Of a stretch of 64,000 bases of DNA, positions 55,822 to 64,000 are shown piece after piece. The notes beneath the pieces were generated by a model. That model ran no database searches, was not told the DNA's origin, and saw nothing but the letters and a program-made list of their open reading frames with translations. The stretch lies in the NCBI GenBank assembly GCA_964016885.1, contig OZ024740.1, forward strand, positions 375,782,001-375,846,000. The letters run 5' to 3'. Source of the DNA: Eledone cirrhosa. Lineage: Eukaryota. Numbering within the stretch: the stretch's first letter is position 1; every line of letters begins with the position of its first letter. A program made the translations under genes and the position numbers.

Positions 55822-56706
55822 GGGTCACCGATATTTCAAAGTACCCGAGTCATATATATTGCCTGTACAGATAATCAAAGTGTGTATACATTTTTCGGGG
55901 ACATCATATATATATATATATACCGGGATCCCTAAAAATGTATACACCATTATAATATATATATTGCCCGTACAGGTAATCAAAGTGTGTATACATTTTT
56001 CGGGGACACCATATATATATATACCTGGGTCCTGAAAAATGTATACACCATTCTAATATATATATTGCCTGTACAGAAAATCAAAGTGTGTATTCATTTT
56101 TTCGGGACACCATATATATACCTGGGTCCTGAAAAATGTATACACCATTCTAATATATATATTGGTTGTACAGAAAATCAAAGTGTGTATACATTTTTCC
56201 GGGACACCATATATTTATATATATATACTGGGGTCCCTAAAAATGTATACACCATTCTAATATATATATTGGCTGTAGAGGTAATCAAAGTGTGTATACA
56301 TTTTTCGGGACGTCATACATATATACGGGGGTCCCTAAAAATGTATACACCATTCTAATGTATATATTGCCTGTACAGGTAATCAAAGTGTGTATAGATT
56401 TTTCGGGGACACCATATATATATATATACCAGGGTCCCTAAAAATGTATACACCATTGTAATATATATATTGCCTGTACAGGTAATCAAAGTGTGTATAC
56501 ATTTTTCGGGGACACCATATATATATATACTGGGGTCCCTAAAAATGTATACACCATTCTAATATTTATATTGCCTGTACAGGTAATCAAAGTGTGTATA
56601 CATTTTTGGGGGGACAACCTGTATATACACAAATATGAACATATATATAGAGAGAAAGTGTGTGCAAGCAAGCAAGAAAGCAAACATCGAGATCAGAGTT
56701 TTAGTA

Positions 56707-56715
<9 letters not shown>
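55822..56715 (-). mobile_element. Non-autonomous Helitron derivative carrying a ~101-bp x8 tandem array (55850-56615)
   Basis: Shares the 3' subterminal GTCACCrATATTTCAAAGTACCCGA with 49694 and the 5' subterminal AGAGAAAGTGTGTGCAAGCAA..GATCAGAGTT with 55775. Confidence 0.75.
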
Positions 56716-56760
<45 letters not shown>

Positions 56761-57165
56761 TAAGAGGTGAGTTTTATTGATTATTATTAAAAATTGATGA
56801 GGTTTAAGAGTGATGATGTTTATGATTACAGATATAGGAATTAAGTATACTAATTACTTAGGGTTTATATAGGGTTTATATACTGAAGGATTTATTAAGA
56901 TGTTCGAAAAAGTTTTATTAAAGTGTATTATTAAGATAAACTAAAGTGAAATAAGGTAAGGTGAATAAAAATAAATTTAATGATTTATAAGTTTAATAAG
57001 CTTAGAAGGCTATATAAGGTCCAAATTTGTTTAAATAGAATGTAATTGAAAAAGTATTTTTGTGAAGAAGTAATTATTTTAGCAAAGACAAGTAAGGAGA
57101 GAGAGAGAAGAAAGAAGAAAAAAGTGGTTTGTTTTTCTTATACATTTAAATGTGTTTATGTATAT

Positions 57166-57282
57166 ATAGGAAAATGTATGACACCGACGGCAAAGCTCAA
57201 GCGGTTTCGACGGCTATTTCCAGTCCAGAAATAGCCGTCGAAACGGCTTGAGCTCTGCCGTCGGGGTCATACATTTTCCTAT
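57166..57282. repeat. 55-bp-arm near-perfect hairpin containing the 3' half of a hammerhead
   Basis: Arms 57166-57220 / 57228-57282, loop CAGTCCA; GAAA-CGGC..GCCG-TC at 57240-57262. Confidence 0.85.
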
Positions 57283-58199
57283 TATCCACTCTACTACTCT
57301 AAGTATTGAGTACTCTGGTGCGTTATGGTCCACCTGGTTCCTTACCACAATTCCTTCGTTATAAATATATATAATTGTTTCTACTTTTGTCACAAGCCCA
57401 ACTATTATTTCAATTTATTACTGGTACTTTATTTTATCAGTATATATATAATATCGGTATATATTAAATATATATATATATATATAATATAAAACACCGT
57501 GTCGCGCGAAGTTACGAATTTATATATATGATATATTAGGCTAATTAAAAGCTCATTAATAAACAACAGACCTAATACATCAGGTCTCATCTATAGGCAA
57601 AGAGCTTGCAAACGAAGTAGAGATGGATATATGATATACGAAGATTGGGGTCAGCGAGTGGGAGTGTACTTACACGAAAAGAAATATGGTAGTTGAGGTA
57701 CATCGTAATAAACATATAAAAAAATAGAAATATATGTGTTTATTTGTGTTCTTATATTTCTATACTGACTGACAATAGCGATTCTTTAAGTGATACCCTA
57801 TAGACTTCATGATACTGACTCCTGCCAAATGAAAGTTGATTAATCATGACGTATTGAAGCAGAAACAAACAAATTCAAATTTAACTTACGGAGTCCATTT
57901 GGAGACTACAGCAGAATTGTATAGAATATAAAATAGAATAGTCTATAATTAGACTCTCATATATTTACTGGTGTGGGGCTTGTGATAGATCCTTATGTAC
58001 AAAAGTAAGATTATTTGAAATTATAAACATTTCTCAACACATTACGTTCTACTCAAGTTATTTACCTAGATTACATATACATACATCACATTAAAGATTT
58101 TAATGGTAGGAGAACTAGATATAAATCCCAAATAGGTGAAGGGAAAAGCGCTATAGCACCGTCAAATCCATTGTATTTTAATACTAGATGCCTCGATTT

Positions 58200-58420
58200 C
58201 CTTAGATACAATTGATGTCCTGCGAAGTGTAGTAAAGTCAAAACCTGGCGTGGAGAAATGAGGAGCGGCTTTAGCAGTAGATATCCATGTCACTCATCCC
58301 CTGGCAGCTTTGGGTATATCATTCCATTAGAGTTGGACATGCTGATTAAGGCAAGGAGTAATATATTTCAAAAAATTTGGTGTCTGTCTGATAGCAGTTT
58401 TGTCTAGTTTTTGAGACATA
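58200..58420 (+). mobile_element. Possible decayed CRE-like RLE endonuclease fragment
   Basis: Short frames WRNEER and LAVDIHVTHPLA only. Confidence 0.3.
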
Positions 58421-58594
58421 CATAGTGTATTCCTGAATCAGAAATTCCTCCCACCGCCTAATAGAATGTCTGATGAAAGATAACTGCCCATAAATGACTG
58501 TATTAACTGCTGGACGTGTTTGTTTTCAAACATACACAAACACACACACACACCCAAGAGCATACGCACACACATATATATATATATGAATATA

Positions 58595-58659
<65 letters not shown>

Positions 58660-58692
58660 TTGTTAAACAATATTCAATGATTATATCAAAGA

Positions 58693-59878
58693 ACTAGCAG
58701 TAAAGCCCGGCGTTGCTCGGGGTCGCTCAGTAGCTGTGTTAAAGTTACAATGTTAAGTTTCTTTGTTGGCTTAAAAACTGTAATGTCTACTGTGCAGACT
58801 TGCATGTGGTGTTTTTGATTAATATTCCCTCAACCAACAATATGCCTTATGAAGTTAAGAAAACATAACGATAACGCGAATGTTATAACAAAAGAGGATG
58901 CTGGGGATGAAAACTGCACTGGTTATTTATTAACAAAGATCGAAAATGTAAACACTGCAATGCAGAGAAAAACATTAGCGTAACCAAATTATCAGTTATG
59001 TCTGTCTGTGAGCCTATATCACCTCTCTGCACGACTGTCTGTCTGCACGCCTATATCAACTCTCTGCACGACTGTCTGTCTGCACGTCTATATCACCTCT
59101 CTGCCTGACTGTCTGTCTGCACGACTGTCTGTCTGCACGACTGTCTGTCTGCACGACTGTCTGTCTGCACGACTGTCTGTCTGCACGACTGTCTGTCTGC
59201 ACGACTGTCTGTCTGCACGCCTAACGAAATTTACAGATACATATATTTTAAATAAACTTATATAATTTTTCCTTTTTTTTACGAAATATTTGCTTGTTTT
59301 ACGTAGTCTTTAAATAGACTTGTTTTCAAGTAAAAATATTGTTTTAAAAGGCTTTTAAATGGAAATGAAGCAAAACGGAAGCTTAGTGTTCGAACTGATG
59401 AATTTTGCAGGTCAAAATTTTGCTGGCTCGACAACTGTTCGTGTATTGTGTTAATGTCATTTTAAACGCTGAGAAAGCCAGCGTAATTTTTTTAATTTTT
59501 GCCAGCGTAATTTTTTTAATTTTTGCACGCAGAAAATGTAAACAGAACGTAAGACGCTACGCTGAATGTAAACAGAACAGAGGGTAATCATTTTTTCAAT
59601 TTTTGCACGCAGAAAATGTAAAGAGAACGTATGACGCTACGCTGAATGTAAACAGAACAAAGGGAAATAACTGATGACTTACGCTCAAAAATCGATACAT
59701 TATATTCGATTTCGTCAGATAGGGCGGGTCAATTTGAAATATTTTTTTTCCGATGTCTTCGCTAGGGCTCAATGTACAAGTATAGCAATTTCGGTGCAAT
59801 TCCGTGAGAGATTCTAAGAGGAGATGTGTGCCAAAAATCGATAGACAGACAGACAACCTCAGTTTTATATATATAGAT
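58693..59878 (-). mobile_element. Complete non-autonomous Helitron, sibling of 11433-12326
   Basis: Plus strand starts A|CTAGCAGTAAAGCCCGGCGTTGCTCGGG and ends TTTTATATATATAGA|T; near-identical body with expanded internal repeats. Confidence 0.93.
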
Positions 59879-59962
59879 GAGTTTTACGGAAAAATAATTT
59901 TCTGGAGTTATTAATATTAAAATATAAGTATTAATAAAATAGATGTTCTTTTGATCAATTAC

Positions 59963-60015
59963 ATTTTATTATACATATTTCCGATGTACAGCAGTACGTC
60001 CTCATCAGACAAAAT
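59963..60015 (-). ncRNA. Minimal type I hammerhead in the left arm
   Basis: ATTTTGT-CTGATGA-GGACGTACTGCTGTACATCG-GAAA-TATGTA-TA-ATAAAAT. Confidence 0.7.
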
Positions 60016-63000
60016 ATAATGATACATGACATACCCTGAGATGTTAAATGATTAAGATTTAATCAAGGTAGTGATTAACCCGATAGGCAATTTTACTTAT
60101 ATCCTATTTATGGGAAAATGCGAAAACGTAATAAATTCATTAGAGAATGTGTGGGTAATAAAAAAAACGTTGCATACTGTAATTGTTCTAAAATGTTAAA
60201 GTGTATGATACTACGATATATCTAGGAAAACGTCTCATGAATCATAACAGCCAGTGATAGCCACTGGAAAAATGATTTATAAAGAAGGAAAAATAAAGCG
60301 CGGGGTGTGGGTCGAAAGTTAAACGGTTAGATTTGAAAATATTTAATTTATAATATTAGGGTGAAGACTCCAGATTTCAGGATTATTTGCTGGTTATTTA
60401 TATATTATTTATATTAATTCGAAAAGTGTGTTATCATTTCTAAACTTCTGAATTGTGAGAGTAATATTTACAGGATTTAGTTGGCATATAAATAATGAAA
60501 TATTATACTGTTGATCATTTACCTAAATTTAAACTTTAACAAATATACCAACTTATTGTTATAAATATTTAAATAACTATTATGTATATAGGTATACTTT
60601 AAGGAGCCAGTATGTTTAAGGTAAATAATAACGACGAATATAAAAATAAAATAAGATAATATATTGAAGGATGTTAAGGATAAATATATACATATGTATA
60701 ACTGAGTGTAAATGCACTAATTGTTCTTCAACCAAGGTATCAACATATTATTAGATATAGGGATGTATATATATAGATATATATTAGGTATTATTAGTGT
60801 AGTATACTTTAAGTAAATGATAACAGTTATAATCTTATCACAGTGTCACATTTAAATACATATATATATATATACATATAAGAAAAACAACAATGAGTGC
60901 ATGGATAATACAGAGTTCAAAATAATGTCTATAATAATTTCTAGTTTGGATATTTTCTCTATATTTGAATCATATATATAGAAATGTGGTAGGTATATTT
61001 AAAAATATTTAAAAATATATAAAATATAATATATAACTACATACATATTATAATAGATTATATTATAAATAAATAAGAGATCGAAAGTACAGCGAAAGAT
61101 ACACATTTATATATAAGTTTGAATCCATCTCAAAATTTAGATTTTATAGTGCAGTAAATATATTTATAATAAATATATGCTTTATTATATTATAAATAAT
61201 AGATCAAAAACTCATTAAAAATTTAGAGTTATAGATAAGTTTCATAAAAATGTATGGATAGGGTATTAAACTGAAATTTAAAAGAGATCACGAATGTATT
61301 AACAATTCACAGTTAAATAAATTCCATAAATATGTAAGGATTAGGTATTATACTAAATTATAATCATAGATAGAAATAAGGAGATGAAGAAATGAGAGTA
61401 TTGATCAAAGTTAACAAATAATGTTGTATGAATCAATGGTTAGGCTTGTTAGTTGAAATATTGTCATTCATTCCAGCGTTGTTTCTTCTATAGATAGTTA
61501 TAAAATAAAGCAATATTAAAGGCCATTAATGTTTTTTACTGTTGATTATATATTCCTGGTAACCGAGTTGTTATTGGTTTGGTATAATTGTTTCTTTCTT
61601 TCTCGTTTTATGTGAGGCTAAAAAAGTGGACGTGGATTTATGGAGGCAACTAGAAAATAATTCACTTTTTTTGTTAATTAGGGTCTCATAATTATTAATA
61701 ATCAACAGGGCCTCCATTGTACAGAGCGGACAGTTATTTGATATACTAGAGTTGCGGTAAATTCCAAATTTCCGAAGTTTTGTCCAAAGAATGGAGTATT
61801 ATAAATTCTTCTCTTTTAAAGACCATATGAGCTGTGATAAAGACGTGGATGATTTCTTCTTAGAGTTCGAGAATGATCATTTATGGTTCGCAAAACGAGC
61901 CTTGAATGTGGACGAGGTTGATCCAATGTAATTTTATGTTTTGTGATCAGATATTACGGTGCATTTATAAACAGAAATATGCTAGATAAATCGAGAATAC
62001 GAACTAGATCTAAACCAGTCATATGGTTTGCACCCCTTGCTTCGGTCGCAGTTAAAACACCAATTGCAAAACTATTCTTTAAAGCTCTTGACACCTCTTT
62101 CCCTACTCAAAATAAATACAATTCCATTTTTAATAGACATACCATTAAATTCGCGAATTCTACAACCAGTAACATGGCCCAAAACATCGCCAAATTAAAC
62201 GCCAAAATCCTAGAACCAAACCAACGTAATGATCATAATAATAGAGTTAACATTAATGATACTAAACCAAAATGTAATTGTAGAAATAAAATAAATTGCC
62301 CTTTTGTAAAATTAGATACTAATTTGGTTTATAAACCAAATTAGTATCTAAACAATTATTTTGCATATTTTTAAATATTTTTAAATATACCTACCACATT
62401 TCTATATATATGATTAAAATATAGAGAAAATATCCAAACTCAAAATTATTATCGACATTATTTTGAACTCTGTATTATCCATGCACTCATTGTTGTTTTT
62501 CTTATATGTATATATATATGTATTTAAATGTGACACGCTGATAAGATTATAACTGTTATCATTTACCTAAAGTATACTACCTAATATATATATCTATATA
62601 TATACATCCCTATATCTAATAATATGTTGATTTATTGGTTGAAGAATAATTAGTGCATTTACACCCAGTTATACATATGTATATATTTATCCCTAATATC
62701 CTTCAATATATTATCTTATTTTATTTTTATATTCGTCGTTATTATTTACCTTAAACGTACTGGCTTATATACCTATATACATAATAGTTATTTAAATATT
62801 TATAACAATAAGTACTTCAAAAGCTTTACATACCTAATATGTTGGTATATTTGTTAAAGTTTAAATTTATATGTTATATTTCATTATTTATGTGCCAGCT
62901 AAATTCTTTAAATGTTACTCTCAAAATTCAGAAGTTTAGAAATGAACTTATCGAATTAATATAAATAATATATAAATGACCAGCAAATAATCCTGAAATC

Positions 63001-63348
63001 TGGAGTCTTCACCCTAATATTATAAATTAATTATATTCAAATCTAACCATATAACGATCGACCCCCCCCCCCCCCGCCACACTTTAATTTTCCCTCTTTA
63101 TAAATATTTTTCCTGTGGCTATCACTGGGTGTTATGATTCATGAGACGTTTTCCTAGATATATCCTTTAACATTTTAGAACAATTACAGTATGCAAACTT
63201 TTCTATTACTCACACATTCTCTAATGAATTTAATACGTTTTCGCATTTTCTCATAAATAGGATATAAGTAAAATTTTCTATCGGGTTAATAACTACCTTG
63301 ATTTAATCTTAACCATTTAACATTTCAGGGTATGTGATGTATCATTAT

Positions 63349-63401
63349 ATTTTGTCTGATGAGGACGTACTGTTGTACATCCGAAATATGTATAATAAAA
63401 T
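63349..63401 (+). ncRNA. Minimal type I hammerhead in the right arm
   Basis: ATTTTGT-CTGATGA-GGACGTAC TGTT GTACATCC-GAAA-TATGTA-TA-ATAAAAT. Confidence 0.8.
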
Positions 63402-63437
63402 CTGCAAAAGAACATCTATTTTTTATTAATACTTATA

Positions 63438-63509
<72 letters not shown>

Positions 63510-63629
63510 GGAGGAAGTGTGGTAAGGAACCAGATGGATGATAACGCACCGCAGTACACAATACTTAGGGTAGTAGAGTGGGTAATAGGAAAATGCTCGG
63601 TGTGTTTGTAAAGAAACATCCCGTATTAA

Positions 63630-64000
63630 GCCGTAGTGTCCAGCAACCATCGTTGCTCGTTTGTTCAACACTGACAAAGGAACGCTGTACTAGTTTCATG
63701 TACTAGTTATATATATGTACGTGTACATACTTATATTTAAATAACAGCCGTACTAAGAGTGGGAAATGAAATTTCGTTTCATTTTTTCCGTTTATCGTTT
63801 TCGGTGCCCCCGGCCGATTAACCCACTCGATATGCAAATTGGGCTACTCAGCCGTTAATATGCATAAGGTAAGTATATACGTTCAACAATCTGGCAGGAA
63901 GGTATACGTTGCTGACGATAGCTAATAAGCTTGAAACTTCTACAGCGTTCCTTTGTCAGTGTTGAACAAACGAGCAACGATGGTTGCTGGACACTACGGC
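63630..64000 (+). mobile_element. Diverged copy of the 474-bp HHR family with an inverted 5' arm (63630-63697); HHR at 63906-63948; runs off the window
   Basis: ATGCAAAT at 63832; ACGTTG-CTGACGA-TAGCTAATAAGCTT-GAAA-CTTC-TA-CAGCGT; 63630-63697 is the reverse complement of 63933-64000. Confidence 0.78.

Larger units (their letters stand above)
59915..63445. mobile_element. Head-to-head PLE (Naiad-like) structure with ~1.1-kb inverted 3' UTRs
   Basis: 59915-61030 mirrors 62365-63445. Plus ORF 61943-62344 has VIWFAP..IFNRHTIK..CNCRNKINCP. Minus 61935-61630 has NYIGSTSSTFKARFANH..CPLCTMEA..INKKSELFSSCLHK. Confidence 0.88.

Noticed and set aside
55850-56615. CRISPR-like periodic palindromic array
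   Set aside because: Whole units repeat with no unique spacers, there are no cas genes, and the context is eukaryotic.

Overview
Eukaryotic, AT-rich, microsatellite-dense DNA. The SINE and LINE families look like those of a cephalopod (Octopus-like); this is recognition, not a database result. I see no convincing host protein-coding exon; most ORF-track entries are (TA)n/(CA)n artefacts. The window is a nest of transposons: a near-complete RepHel Helitron (49.7-55.8 kb), several non-autonomous Helitrons, two Tx1/L1-type LINEs, R4/Dong-type fragments, four Penelope-like (GIY-YIG) relics and about 10 tRNA-derived SINEs. The main unannotated signal is RNA-level: about 14 type I hammerhead ribozyme (HHR) motifs from several unrelated sequence families, read by eye on both strands. 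Two families form retrozyme-like tandem units (474 and 441 bp) carrying octamer motifs. Two families carry recurrent core position-4 variants. Many fold-back inversions break at or next to the ribozyme. Coordinates were counted by hand and may be off by a few bases.
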